From the NCBI RefSeq assembly GCF_009914755.1, contig NC_060943.1: a stretch of 64,000 nt of DNA; one strand, 5' to 3'. Positions within the stretch are counted from its first letter, which is position 1; each line of letters starts with the position of its first letter. The notes below the pieces were generated by a model, which saw nothing but the letters and a program-made list of their open reading frames with translations, was not told where the DNA came from and made no database searches. This stretch comes from the human T2T-CHM13v2.0 reference genome, Homo sapiens. This document shows, one piece after another, positions 47,470 through 62,763 of this stretch. A program made the translations under genes and the position numbers.

Positions 47470-47751
47470 TTCTGCACCAATGGGCTGGTGTCCTTCGGGG
47501 AGCCTGTGGCTCTCTTCACACTGGAGGCATTTCCCCAGGAGATGGGCCAGGCCTTCGCAGTCCCGTTCTGGGCCAATGGGTCCACACTGAGCAGGGGCCA
47601 GATGTGGTACCGGCAGAGCCGCCAGCCAGAGCTGCCGCAGCAGGTGGCCTGAGACCTGGCCTCAGCCTTCCCCCATGCCCCGCCCACCCCTTGCGCCCTG
47701 CTGGTGGCCATGTGGGACCAAATTCCATTTTACGGGGCACTTGGTCCCCAG
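47470..47751 (+). pseudogene. Relic exon 4: NIDO region with in-frame TGA at 47650
   Basis: FCTNGLVSFGEPVALFTLEAFP...AFAVPFWAN...WYRQ...VA*DLASAF...VAMWDQIPFYGALGPQ; gtgagg donor. Confidence 0.9.
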
Positions 47752-48167
47752 GTGAGGAAGCGGGTGGCAGAGAAGGGCCCAGGCTGAGGCTGTTTGGCCC
47801 AACCCCTTGGGAAGAAGGGCTTGGATTCCTGGGTAAGGAAGAGACACCACGGAGGAGAGACGGAGATGGGGGAACGAGGGAGAGATAGAGGGGGCGGGAA
47901 GAGAGAGACAGAGAGACGGAAGCATGGAGATGCAGCGAGGTAGAGAAAATGGGTGAGAAAGAGGGAAGACACGAACAGGGAGAGAAATGGCGAGAGAGAG
48001 GAGGCAAGACAGCAAGCGAGAGGAGTGAGATGATCAGATGGAGAGACAGAGAATAGGAAAAGGAGAGAGACGGAGAGAGAGAGGGGATGAGAGCAGAGCA
48101 GAAAAATCGAGACTGGGGGATGTGAAAGGAAGGCTGGCACAGGTGCCAGCAGAGGCAGCTGTGGACA

Positions 48168-48263
48168 TGGTGTGGACAGGGGCCTGGGAGGTGGCGTGGA
48201 TGGGGGTCTGGGATGTGGCATGGGTAGGGGCCCGGGATGTGGTGTGGATGGGGGCCCAGGAGG
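48168..48263 (+). repeat. G-rich 24-bp tandem repeat, 4 copies
   Basis: Unit about tggtgtggatgggggcccaggagg. Confidence 0.8.
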
Positions 48264-48390
48264 TGGCACAGCTGGAAGCAGCCAGCTTAGTGGTGCAGAT
48301 GGAGCTCGGTTGAGGACTGGGCAGTGAGGAGGGTCCTGGGTGCCCCTGGACCAGCCCACGACACCCTGGCTCCTGGCGCTTGCCCTGCAG

Positions 48391-48528
48391 GTGAACACCT
48401 TCCAGGAGGTGCTGGCCCTGGGCAGCGGCCCCTCCTGGGTGCTGTTTCACCACAAGGACATCCAGTGGACCATGGGGGTGGCCAGCGGTGGGAGCCCCCA
48501 CCACGGCCTGGGGGGCATTGCGGCCCAG
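48391..48528 (+). pseudogene. Relic exon 5: NIDO core
   Basis: VNTFQEVLALGSGPSWVLFHHKDIQWTMGVASGGSPHHGLGGIAAQ; AG/GT intact, 138 nt. Confidence 0.92.
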
Positions 48529-48617
48529 GTGAGTGGGGAACCCACAGGGGCCTCCCTGGGTCCTTGGGGAGGGTGAGGACGCAGGTGGGCTGACCCTGTT
48601 CCAAATGACACCCCCAG

Positions 48618-48777
48618 GCAGGCTTCAACAGCGGCCGACAGAGGGACTACTTCACCCTTCCTGGCTCCCGGACCTCAGGCATCCTGAATGTGGCAGACAC
48701 CAGCAATGTGGGCATCCCCAGGCACTAGGCCTTCTGCATCAACAGCTTTGCAGTCCCCAACGGCTGCACCTACAATG
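48618..48777 (+). pseudogene. Relic exon 6: NIDO end with TAG at 48726
   Basis: [52 protein letters not shown]; the stop replaces the conserved Trp. Confidence 0.9.
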
Positions 48778-48924
48778 GTGAAGGGTGGAGAACCTGCCCC
48801 AGACCTGCCTGCTCCCAGGGCCCAGCCACAGAGCCCAGGAGCCCAGGCCCCACACTCTCCTCCTCCAAGACCCAGGAGTCCAGTCAGCCCTCAGTCCATT
48901 CCATCCTTAGATCCAGGAATCAGA

Positions 48925-49222
<298 letters not shown>

Positions 49223-49319
49223 GATCCAGGAGTCAGAACCCCCAGTCCCCACCTTCCTCAGGACCTGAGGTTCAAGCCTCAGCCCCAGACACCCCCACCG
49301 CAGCCCACTCTCTCCACAG

Positions 49320-49695
49320 CCCAGTTCCTGCCCCTAGGTGCCTCTTTGTGGAACAGCAGTGCCTGCAGCCACCACACTGTGGGCAGGAAGGCCGGGTGTG
49401 GTGCTGGCCAGAGGGCTGCCAGGTGGGGCAGCAGTGTATGCCTGCACACCCCTTCCCACACTGCTGGGCCCCTCGTGGCCCCTCCTGCCACCTGGGTCCC
49501 CAGGGCCACCCGCACACACTCTCCAGATGGCAGCTGCGGCTCCAGCCCTGCCACTTCGTCCTGGCCCTGCTTCCTGGCATCTGCGTGGAGGTGGAGTTGA
49601 GGAGGGGAGGCCCGGTGGCAGAGGCCCTGGTGCGGCTGGTCATCCATGGCTGGGATGTGGTAGTGAGATCGCATGGCCCAATAGAACACATCCTG
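49320..49695 (+). pseudogene. Relic exon 7: VWC plus degenerate VWD N-half, frameshift near 49375
   Basis: [39 protein letters not shown]...CHFVLA...HIL; tccacag acceptor, gtgagt donor. Confidence 0.8.
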
Positions 49696-50380
49696 GTGAG
49701 TGGGGCTGGGAGCCGGGCTGGAGGATAGAACCCGGACAGCCGTGGAGTCGCAGACACACTAAGTGCCCACAGCCCCAGAGACTGCCACAGAGACTGGCGG
49801 GCAGAGTCAAATGTTAGATGGACAGGCAGGCAGACAGACAGACAAAATGAATAACAGGCAGAGAGACGGACAAGAAGACAGACCAGCTGGCCAATGGACA
49901 GGAAGACAGGAGGGTTGGACAGGTGGACAGGTTGATGGAAAGACAGACAGAGTGACGTTGGGATGACCAGAGCAGGTGGCAAGACAGACGGCAGAAGGGG
50001 GCTAGATGGACAGAAGGACACATGGCGAGCAGATGGCGAAGCACTTGGTGGACTCGCTGAGGCCGACGATGGTCGCAGGCAGACAGAGCCTCCCGGGCTC
50101 TCATCCTAGCCATGGACCTCACATTGCCCACCGATGCAGCCCTCCGGGGCCTCAGCGCCACCTGTCCCCTTGACCCCACCTTTCTCTGTTATACAACCCA
50201 GTTTCTGCCGCCCACCCTCTGGTTTCCTGACTGGTTGACCTCACTGGCCGCCCCATCTGCTGAGCCTACTGAGCCTACGGTGCTTCCCCACTTCTTACCT
50301 TCTGGGACATCAGGCTCCCTCTCAAATCCCTGCTTGTCTACACTCATACCTCCTGCGCTCCTTCCTCCAATACCCCACAG

Positions 50381-50460
50381 GTGAACCACACCTCTCCACT
50401 TGCACTCACCCCTGCATGTAGGCAGCAGAGCACACCTGGGCTGGTGTCGTACCTGTGACT
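50381..50460 (+). pseudogene. Truncated relic exon 8 (start of VWD C-half)
   Basis: Strong acceptor followed by GTGAAC (VNHT.../LHSPLHVG), paralleling the VNRT and VNGE exon starts; similarity is lost after about 70 nt. Confidence 0.45.
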
Positions 50461-50767
50461 GTGAACTTGAAAGGACCTTCCTTCCACCTCCCTGGCACCC
50501 TCACTCACCTCCTCTCCCTGGCCACCTGTTCACACCTACTCCTCTCCCTTTAGACCAAACCTCCTCCCTGGAACTCATTCTCAGCCTATGAGATCGCTTC
50601 CTACTTCACTGGTAGCATCAGCTGGAACCTGCCAGGCACTCCCCAACCCTCCACCTACAGTCCAGGCTGCCATGATGGAGGGTGGTCTGTGCTCCTTCCT
50701 GGCTTGGCCACCTCTGTGACAGTTCCTGCATCTCCCAGCAATGCTTCCTCTCCCTCTCCTCTATATC

Positions 50768-51075
50768 CGTGCTTCTCAAAGTGCAGCTATTAGACCAGTA
50801 GCATCAGTAGCACCTAGGAATGTGTTTGAAATGCAAATTCTTGGGTCCCACCCAAGACCACCACTCTGGGTGGGTACATGCAATCTGAATTTTTTTTTTT
50901 TTTTTTTTTTTGAGACAGGGTCTCCGTCACTCAGGCTGGAATGCAGTGGCACGATTTTGGCTCAGTGCAACCGCCTGCCTTGGCTTCCCAGGATAATGGG
51001 ATTACAGGGAGTGCAGGCCAGCACTCCTGGCTTGCAGTCTGTTTTTGCTAGCCCTTCCGGGGATTCTCATGCATG
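50768..51075. mobile_element. MER5A-like DNA transposon split by an Alu fragment
   Basis: gcttctcaaagtg...ccagtagcatcag...gaaatgcaaattcttgggtcccacccaagacc. Confidence 0.6.
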
Positions 51076-51887
51076 CTGAGCTCCAATGAGCTTCACCATC
51101 AATTTGCTATTTTTTTTTTTCTTTTTGAGACAGAGTCTCGCTCTGCTGAAGTGCAGTGGTGCAATCTTGGTTCGCTGCAACCTCCGCCTCCTGGGTTCAA
51201 GCGGTTCTCCTGCTTCGGCCTCCCAAGTAGCTGGGATTACAGGTGTGTGCCACCACGCCCGGATAATTTTTGTATTTTTAGTAGAGATGGGGTTTCACCA
51301 TGTTGGCCAGGCTGGTCTCAAACTCCTGACTTCAAGTGATCTGCCCACCTCGGCCTCCCAAAGTGTTGGGATTACAGATGTGAGAACCTGCGCCTGGCCA
51401 ATTTGCCTTTTTCTACCAGATCCTTCTCACTGCATTCCAATAGGCTACAATTTTGCCATCTTCAAAAACCTTTCTCCTCAATCCTTCCTCCGCCTCTAGC
51501 CACTACCTCATTTCTCACATACCCTGTACAAGAAAAGCACACAGAAGAGTTGTCAGGCTCACTGCCTCCAATGCCTCTCTTCTTTCTTTGAGAGACAGGG
51601 TCTCATTCCATGGCCCAGGATGGAATGCAGTAGTGCAGTCATGGCTCACTGCAGCCTTGACCTCCAAGGCTCAATTGATCCTCCCACCTCAGCCTTCTGA
51701 GTAGCTGGGACCACAGGCGCACATCACCACGGCTGGCTATCAGTTCCTCTCTTTTCATTCTCTCTTTCGGACCTTCTCTAGTCAGGCTTTTTCCGCCTTC
51801 AACTTCATGCAGCCAAAACTACTCTCGATGAGGTCCCCCCAGGACAGTAGTCAATCTTCAGGCCACATCCTGATTGACCGCCAGTTA

Positions 51888-52385
<498 letters not shown>

Positions 52386-52421
52386 TCACACTCACCCCAT
52401 GCCAAGGCCCCGACCCCACAG

Positions 52422-52835
52422 CAGGGCCACATTCTGCACCTGGGACCGCAGGAGCTGAGCCCCAACTGCCGTGAGCTGTGTGAGTGCAAGGAGGCTGGGC
52501 AGCCACCCCACTGCAGCCCCCAGGCGTGTGAGGACGGGGAGGCCTGCTTCCTGCTCACCGGGGCCTGGTACTGTGGGGTCCGGAGAGGTAGCAGCTGGGT
52601 GTCAGGTGACCCCCATTACCACACCTTCAACAGCACAGCCCTCACAGCCCAGGGTGCCTGTCACTATGTGCTGAGCCGCACCTGTCAGGCCGGCCTGAGG
52701 GCACAAGCTTTCACAGTGTGGGTGGACAATGAGTACCTAAGTCCCACGGCCCTCATGACTGGGGCTCGGCCGATCGAAGTGGACGTGCACGGGGTGAAGG
52801 TGATGATGGAGGCTCAGACCCCCGGGAGGGCACAG
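52422..52835 (+). pseudogene. Relic exon: VWC plus VWD N-half with GDPH (5' boundary uncertain)
   Basis: PNCRELCECKEAG...CSPQACEDGEAC...WVSGDPHYHTFNS...QGACHYVLSRTC...GRAQ; donor gtgagc. Confidence 0.88.
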
Positions 52836-53019
52836 GTGAGCTTGGGCAGGGGCTGGGATCAGGCCCCAGAAGGGCGGGCTTAGACTCAGGAATCCGGGGA
52901 GGACCCATTCACATCCTAGGAAGACTTGAGGGGACACAGCCTCACCCCAAAGGTTCTCAGGGATTCCCAGACCCACCTAGGGGTGTTTGATGTGGACATG
53001 GCCCCGGGTGTGTCTCCAG

Positions 53020-53584
53020 GTTAACAGGACCCAGGCCCACCTGCCCCTACGCCTGGCTGGCGGCCAAGTGCACGTCTATTTCAGCGATTCTGGGGCCATG
53101 CTGGAGACTGACGCTGGCCTCTTGGTCTCCTACGACTGGAGCCACCATGTATCCATTATGGTGCCTGAGTCCTACGCTGGCACCCTCTGCAGCCTGTGTG
53201 GGGACTTCAACGGGGACCCCCATGATGACTTCCATGCCCCTGATGGCTCCCTCCTGCCTGACCCGGAGGTGTTTGCACTCAGCTTGAAGGGCCTGGATTC
53301 CCCAGCCAGTTGCTCCACCGTGGGCACTGCCCCTCTGTGCCCCCATGACCGAGAGGGCCGGTACCAGTCACTGGCTTTCTGTGGGCTGCTGGGTGCCCAC
53401 GATGGGCCCTTCCAGGCCTGTGATGAGCTGGCCCAGGCCCAAGTCCACATGGAGAACTGCATCCGTGACCTCTGTGCCACAAGGGGTTCCCGGCAGATCC
53501 TGTGCGAGGCTCTGGGGAGCTATGTCCAGCAGTGCCAGCAGCACGGCCTCCTAGTGAGGCCCTGGAGACACCTGGTGGACTGCG
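53020..53584 (+). pseudogene. Relic exon: VWD C-half plus C8, frame intact
   Basis: VNRTQAHLP...YAGTLCSLCGDFNGDPHDDF...CGLL...GPFQAC...CIRDLC...LCEALGSYVQQCQ...WRHLVDC; AG/GT intact. Confidence 0.93.
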
Positions 53585-54179
53585 GTGAGTGGCATCCTCT
53601 CCATGCCAGCCAGCACGTTCTGCCGGCCAGGTCCAGAAAACCAGTTCCGCCCATTTTGTGGGGTTGCATAATTAATGATCTCAGAGTAGCTACTTCAGGC
53701 CTGGCCCAGTGAGGCGCTCGACATCACTGGCCTTGGTTTCATGCTTCCCACCAAATTGGCTCCACATCCAGACAGGCTCACCCTGACCACAGTGGCTCCA
53801 CACCTTGCAGCCACTCAGGTTTCTCAGCCCAGCAGGAAAGAGAGCTCCGTGGGTCTCAGAAGCTCCAGCATGATTTGCACTGCGTCTCTGTGGCTTCAAC
53901 TGACTCCTTCTTGTACCTCTCACTGTGGCCAGGGGAATGTGAGTCTCCGATTGACTTCTGCCTGACCGCGGGCTCTGCCCTTGGGGAGACTGCCCAGGCA
54001 GAAGTTGGGATGAGGTTAGCAGTGGGCAGTAGTACTGGCTGGTGCCCAAAGGACAAATGTCTGCGGCCTCTCACCCTTGTCCTGCTGCCAAGTGATCTTT
54101 GTCAAGAGCATTAAGCAGTCTTTCAAACATTTTTGTTGGAGACCCACAATACAAAATATAGTTCATTTCAGGATCTAAT

Positions 54180-55414
<1,235 letters not shown>

Positions 55415-57559
55415 ACCAATATATGCATACACAGCACACAAAGTGTCACCAAATAGGAAAATGCACTCAATACTTTGCATTACATTCTTTTCTATTCTAT
55501 TTCATTTTTCAAAGCAGGGAATTATCCCACTGATCTGTATAGCATTGAGATTGAGAACACAGATCCCAAAGTCAGGCTGCCTTGGTTAGGATGCCAGTAC
55601 CACCACTTTCAGCTGTGTGCTCTTGGGGACGTCACTTAACCTCTCCGTGCCTCAGTTTCCCCTTTAACAAGAGAAAGAATGGTGAAAATAACACTTCTCT
55701 TGTGGGGTTGTTGTGAGAGCCAAACAAATAAACAGTAGCTGGCAATATAGTGAATATAGTGAATGCTCTACAAGTATTAGCTGTCACTATGAAATTGATT
55801 TTTTTTTTGAGGGGGGATGGAGCCTCACTCTGTCACCCAGACTGGAGCACAGTGGTGTAATCTCGGCTCACTGCAAAATTCACCTCCCGAGTTCAAGCAA
55901 TTCTCATGCCTTAGACTCCCAAGTGTCTGGGAGTACAGGAGCATGCCACCATGCCCAGCTAATTTCTGTATTTTCAATAGAGATGGGATTTTGCCATGTT
56001 GGCCAGGCTGGTCTTGAACTCCTGACTTCAAGTGATCCACCTGCCTCTGCCTCCCAAAGTGCTGGTGAGCCACCGTGCCCAGCCTGAAATTGACTTTTAA
56101 CCTGTGTTAACATCACTCTGTCCTGAGATCAAAACCACAGGGCTCTGCTGTTGGCAGGTCTTGTCCCAGAGTCTGGGTCAGCCTGTCCTGGGGAGGGCCT
56201 GGGATCAGCCTGGCCCACACCCTCTCCAGTCCAGCAGGCAGCTGAGATGGGTCCTGAGCCATCTTTTTATCCCTTTGGTGTGAATGGGACAACGCGACCA
56301 TTTCACAGATGAAGAGCAGACACAGAGCCGCACAGCTGGGGAGTGGCAGGGAGGGGTCCCCCTGGGCCTGATCTTGCCCTGGGTGATGCAGGGGCCAGGG
56401 CAGGACTGAGAAGTGCCGGGTCTCTGACCTCGTAGGGCCCACACGCTGCCAGGGTGGCCGAGTCTGTGGTGGGGCAGCCACGGCAGAGTGATCAGGGCTC
56501 ACATGAGGGAAGCGTAGGGCCACAGGGGAGCACAGAGGAGGGGCTGGCCCAGCCTGGAAAGTCAGGCCAAGTTTCCCAGAGGAAGGGCCACGAGAGCTGA
56601 GGCTTGAATGACAAGTCAAAGCCAATAGGTAAGCAAGGAGAAGCCAAATGTTCTAGGGAGAAGGAACAAGGTTTTCAGAAGCCCAGAGACTGTGTAAATT
56701 TGAGCCAGAGATGGGGGAGCCTGGAGAGAGACATGGTCCTGGGCTGTGTCTGTGGGGCCTTGAATGGCAGGCAAGAAGTGAGGACTTTATCCCGAAGGAC
56801 TGGGCCTCTAACCTCCAGGACCCCAAGGCGCAACTCCTTTTCTCTGCCCTTAGTCCCTCACTCCTCTCAGAGCAGGAAGCAAGTTCAGCATCTTGCAAAC
56901 AAAACCTCTCTTTGTCCAAAGGAAACAGCCCATTGCAAGCTCCGAAGGCCAACACAAGGGACTGGTGGTGGGTGCTCTGGCCTCTGGCCTGCCTGGCCCA
57001 CCCCTCCTCCCAAAGCCAGAGACAAGCCCCGGGGGCATCACACACTTTGACTAAGGTTAACTGAACACCCACTAAGTGCTAGGCAGCATTCTAGGCGCTG
57101 CAGACACAGCAGTGACCCAAACAGACAAAACCTTGCCCTCATGGAGGCGACATTCCAGTGGAGAAGACAATCAGTCAACCCAGCCAGTAAGTAGGTGATT
57201 AAACAGTAAGTCAGGCGGGGCAGGGCTGGGGAGTGCTGGAGAAGGGGCATGCAGTATTAAACTGGGGGGTTAGGGTTCCCTGGGGTGCAGAGAGGTGCCC
57301 TGGGAGTGGAGACTGAAGGTGGTGGAAAAGGGAGCCGAGCTGGCTGGGGGAGCGGGGAGGCGGGGGGACATTCCAGGCAGCAGGAATCCAGGAAACCCAT
57401 CCAGGAAGGGTGCAGGTGTCTCCTCCAGCCCCCAGACTCTGGGTGCTCAAATCAAGATGAACTTTGAGCTGGAATATCTCCCACATCCCACCCAGGACAT
57501 TTCTCCTTTTCTGACTTTCTTTATTAATCCTGAGACTGGGGGACACCCCCACTCCGCCA

Positions 57560-57561
<2 letters not shown>

Positions 57562-57594
<33 letters not shown>
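57562..57594 (+). repeat. (CA)n microsatellite
   Basis: Direct reading. Confidence 0.95.
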
Positions 57595-57597
<3 letters not shown>

Positions 57598-57736
57598 CCC
57601 TCCCCAGCAATCTCTCCTCCAGTATGTTTTTCCCCTGATCTGTGAAACCCCCAAAGACAAGGGTTAGGGATGGGGTCTCTCTTGGTCACCAGTGTGTCAC
57701 CAGAACCTACCATAAGGCATTTAAAAGCATAGGTTA

Positions 57737-57883
<147 letters not shown>

Positions 57884-58527
57884 TTAGCTGGGTGTGGTGG
57901 TGTGCACTGGCTGAGGCGGGAGGATCGCTTGAACCCAGGTGGAGGTGGAGGCTGCAGTCAGCCAAGATGGTGCCACTGCACTTCAGCCTGGGTGACAGAG
58001 CAAGACTCTGTCTCAAAAACATAAAAAAAATGAAAAAGCATAGGTCAGATCTCATCAGATTCCTGATTAAAAGCATCCCTGGGTCCCCCTTACCTCTGGG
58101 ATGAAAACTGACCTCCAAGCCTCCTCCTAAGAGGCCCCCACAGCGGCCTCTCTCTGCTCACCCTGCCTCCTCCTACACTGGCTTTGTCTAGCTCACTCCA
58201 CACCGAGGGTCCAGCCACACTGGCCTCTCTGCTGTCCCTGGACCACGCCAAATGCCTTCCCACCCCTGGGTCTTTGCATCTGCTGTTCCCCCGGCCTGGA
58301 ATGCTCTTTCCCAGACGTACACACGGCTGGCTCCTTCCATCATTCAGGCCTCAGCTCCAATGTCACCTCTGCAGAGAGGCCTCCCTAGCCACTGTCCTCA
58401 AATCAGCCCATGGGGCTCAGCCACTCTGCGCTACCTAAAGCTGGGTAACACAGATCTAACCCAGTTTCTCAATCCAAAATTATCTTTTATTTATTGCTAG
58501 TTTGTCGCCCATTTCCCCCCTCTAGAA

Positions 58528-58860
58528 TAGGCCAGCACACTTTTATGATAAAAGGCCAGATAATAAATATTTTAGGCTTTCAGGGCCACACTCTGCCACA
58601 ACTACTCAAAGCTTCTGTTGTAACATAAGAACAGTCATAGACAATACACGAACCGGCGAGCTGGCTTTCATGAAGACATTATTTATAGACACCGGAATTT
58701 GAATTTTACATGATTTTCACACCTCACAAAATTTCCTCTTTTGGTTTCTTTTTTTCTAACCACTTAAACATGTAAAGACTATTTAGATTGTAGGCTGTGC
58801 CAAAACAGGTGGAGGGCCAGATTTGGGCCCAAGGGTGAAGCTTGTCAACGTCTGCCCTAG
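58528..58860. mobile_element. MER58-like hAT-Charlie DNA transposon
   Basis: aaaggccagataataaatattttaggcttt ... gggccagatttgggccc. Confidence 0.65.
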
Positions 58861-59121
58861 AACATCTGTTTTATGAGGTCAGGGATCTCTGTCTTGGTCA
58901 TTGCTGTGTCCCCAGGCCCTGGGATGTTCCCGGCATGTAGTGGATGCCAAAGTTGAACAAATATGTGCTATAGAAAAGGCTTCGACACATTCATTAATTC
59001 TTCCAACAAATATCCATTGAGGTTTGCCGTGAGCTGGGCTCTGGGGAGATAGCAGGGAACATAATTTGAACGTGGGGCAGTGAGTTGACATCCTTGCATT
59101 GAATGACTTGTGTTCCTCCAG

Positions 59122-59720
59122 AGCTGACCTGGCCCCCCGACAGCCACTACGAGCTGTGTGGCTTCTCCTGTCCCAGCTCCTGCACCGAGCCTGCCCTGCC
59201 CGACAGCTGTCTGACACCATGCCAGGATGGCTGCCAGTGTGACCCAGGATTTGTGCTCAGTGGCACGGACTGCTTGACCCCCATCCAGTGCAGCTGCTCC
59301 ATGGGGGGCAGATACCACCTGGCCGGGGAGCCATTCTGGGCTAGGGAGCACTGTGAGCAATTCTGCCACTGCGAGGCTTCCACCCATGCTGTGTGCTGCT
59401 CCCCCTCCTCCTGTGGGCCAGGGCAGAGATGTGGGACCCTAAGGGGCATCTTTGGGTGCCACCCATTCTCCCCTGGCACCTGCCAAGCAGCCGGGCACTC
59501 ACACATCATCACCTTTGATGGGAAAACTGTTGAGTTCTCAGGTACCTGTGTGTCCATCTTTGCCGAATCCTGTGGCTCTTCCGGCTCACTGCCATTCTTC
59601 AGGATACAGCTGTGAAAGGAGAACAGATCCAGCAGCCCCCTCATGCTCATCTTGGAGGTGTCTGTCCAGGTTAATGGGACCCAGGTCCACCTGCGGAGGG
59701 ACAGCCCAGGCATGGCTCAG
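59122..59720 (+). pseudogene. Relic exon: TIL, VWC and VWD N-half; TGA at 59613; donor GT>AT
   Basis: PPDSHYELCGFSCPSSC...CQDGCQCDPGFVLSGTDC...GHSHIITFDG...IQL*KEN...GMAQ followed by ataagc. Confidence 0.92.
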
Positions 59721-60793
59721 ATAAGCACCAGCTTTGGGACGTGTCGTTTCTAGGAACCCCAACCCTTCACCCAAACCCATAGGCCCAAGGGAAAAACTTA
59801 TTCTGTCTCCATTATTTCTACATTTTACCTCTATTTTCTGATTATATGCCCATTTTTGACTATATCCATCAGATGCATTCAGCTAATATAACAGAAACAC
59901 TCTCAGACCAGCTTAAGAAAAAAAAGAATTACTGATTTACACAATTGAAAAAAAAAATCTACAGGTGTATGGATTCAGGCATAGCTGGACCCAGGTGCTT
60001 GAACAATATGTCTCAAATCTGTCTCAATTTCTGGGCTCTCCTTTCCTTCATTTTCAGACAGGCACCATCCCATCCCACCTTGTAGGGACAAGGACAGCTG
60101 CCAGGTTAGCAAATGTCACTGGAGGAAAAGTGTCCCTCACTGGCCCAGCTTGAGTCATGTGACCACCCCTGAATCCCTGATGGACTAGCTGATTGGCTGG
60201 GCCTGGGTCATGTGCTGGAAGTTAGGATAGGATTGACTTTCTGTGAACCACATGGATTGATTTTGGAGGGGTGAGTTCTCAGGGAAATCCAGAGAAAGGA
60301 GAAATGAATGCAGAACAGGATAAAACAAGAGATGGTCACTATTATAGTTATGTCCTTGTTCCTTCATCTAAAAATGTTTTACATGTATTGGTACGGTGGC
60401 TTACATCTGTAATCCTAACACTTTGGGAGGCCAAGGCAGGTGGATCCCTTGAGCCCAGGAGTTCAAGACCAGCCTGTCTCAAGCAGGCAATATAGCGAGA
60501 CCCCGTATCTAAAAAAGAATTAGGTGGGTGTGTTGGCGCACGCTTATAGTCCCAGCTTATAGTCCCAGCTACTTAAGAGGCTGAGGTGGGAAGATCGCAT
60601 GAACACAGGAGTTCATGGCTGCAGTGTGCCATGATTGTGCCACTGCATCCAGCCTGAGGGTCAGAGTGAGACCCTATATCAAAAAAATATCAACATTTTT
60701 CACGTATTTGAACACCTACTATGTGCCAAGCAACACTGACCCAACTGTGGTCCTATGCTCCCGAGCCTTCCTTTGATTCTGCCTGCTCCTTAG

Positions 60794-61324
60794 GTGAATG
60801 GTGAGACAACAGCCCTCCCCGTAAGCCTGAATGGGGGCAGCCTTGCCGTCCACTGGAATGGCCTCTTCTCCCTGCTGCAGTCAGACTTTGGCCTCTGGCT
60901 CAGCACAGATCTCACCTACAGCCTTACCCTCACCCTGCCCCACCTCTACAAGGGTCACACCTGTGGGCTCTGAGGCAACTTCAACTGCAACCCCAGTGAG
61001 GACGCTAAGGCTGACATTACCTTGGAGAAGCAGAGCAAGGCTTGTAGGGACAGCTGTGGGGCTGCCTGTCCAGTCTCAGTCTGCAATGACCAGGGGCAGA
61101 TTGTGTCAGCCAGGAGGCAGTGCTGGCTCCTGCAGGACCCCCAGGACCCTTCAGCCACTGCCACTGGGAGATCAACCCAGACCCATATGTTTCCAGCTGT
61201 GTCGATGATTTGTGTCTTGCTGGGGATGATGACCACATCCTCTGCCTGGCCCTGCAGACATATGCCGCCATCTGCCAGGGCGCCAACATCACCATCAGGC
61301 ACTAGAGGAATTCTTCCTTCTGTG
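60794..61324 (+). pseudogene. Relic exon: VWD C-half plus C8; TGA 60971, frameshift near 61145, TAG 61303
   Basis: VNGETTALPVSL...YKGHTCGL*GNFN...CWLLQDPQ/GPFSHCH...CVDDLC...YAAICQ...RH*RNSSFC; gtgagt donor. Confidence 0.92.
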
Positions 61325-61604
61325 GTGAGTCATGGTTGAGCAGGGCAGGAATTCATCTGCATGCTCTGTATGGCCACACACAGACTGACATCCTTCTGTA
61401 CTCCTGGGCTGCCTGAGTGCCCCAACCACTTCCCATATTCCCAATTCCAGCACAGGAAGGCCTTCCAGGTTCTCCTCCTAGGCTCCAGCTGGACGCATGT
61501 GGATTGGTAGGGGGCCTGTATGCTACCGACTGTTATGTTTTTTTTTGTTTTTTGTTTTTTTTGAGACAGAGTCTCACTCTGTCACCCACACTGGAGTGCA
61601 GTGA

Positions 61605-61930
<326 letters not shown>

Positions 61931-62604
61931 TGACCTGAGATGCCACAATAATAATCCCAACAACTGCTAATACTTATTGAACATCTACAATGTCCCAGGC
62001 ATGGGGCCGAAGGCTCTGTGTACCTCTTGCCGCCACTGTCTCAGAAACACCCTGCAAGTGAGAGGCAATGACTGTTATTATTCCCACTTTACATTTGGGA
62101 AAACAGAGGCTCACAGAGGTAAAGCCATTTGTCTACTGCTAATCACAACAGACAGAGTTGAGACTTGAACTAAGACTTTCTTTCTCCAGAGACAAAAGAA
62201 GTTTTATTACTAGCCATATCATCTAATTCTTTCTTTCTTATTTAACTATTATGGAAAATTTGAACATAAAAGTAGAGAGAATAGCCTATTGAATGCCCCT
62301 GTACCCAGAAGGCAGCCTCAACAACAGCCAAGTTGTGGCCGACCTGTGTCCACCTCCACCCCTCCCTTATTGATTTATTTTGTGTAAAGCAAATCCCAGA
62401 CAACGTGTAAACCTGTAAATACTCCAGCATTATTTTTTTTAATAGATAAGGACTTTTAAAAAGAAAAAAACCTGCTGTGGCCGGGCGCGTGGCTCACGCT
62501 CACACCTGTAATCCCAGCACTTTGGGAGGTCGAGGCAGGCGGATCACCTGAGGTAGGGAGTTTGAGACCAGCCTGACCAACATGGAGAAACCCCGTCTCT
62601 ACTA

Positions 62605-62763
<159 letters not shown>

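Noticed and set aside
53212-53223. Second GDPH in LCGDFNGDPHDDF
   Set aside because: It lies in the calcium-binding GNFNGxxxDD segment, not the canonical cleavage position
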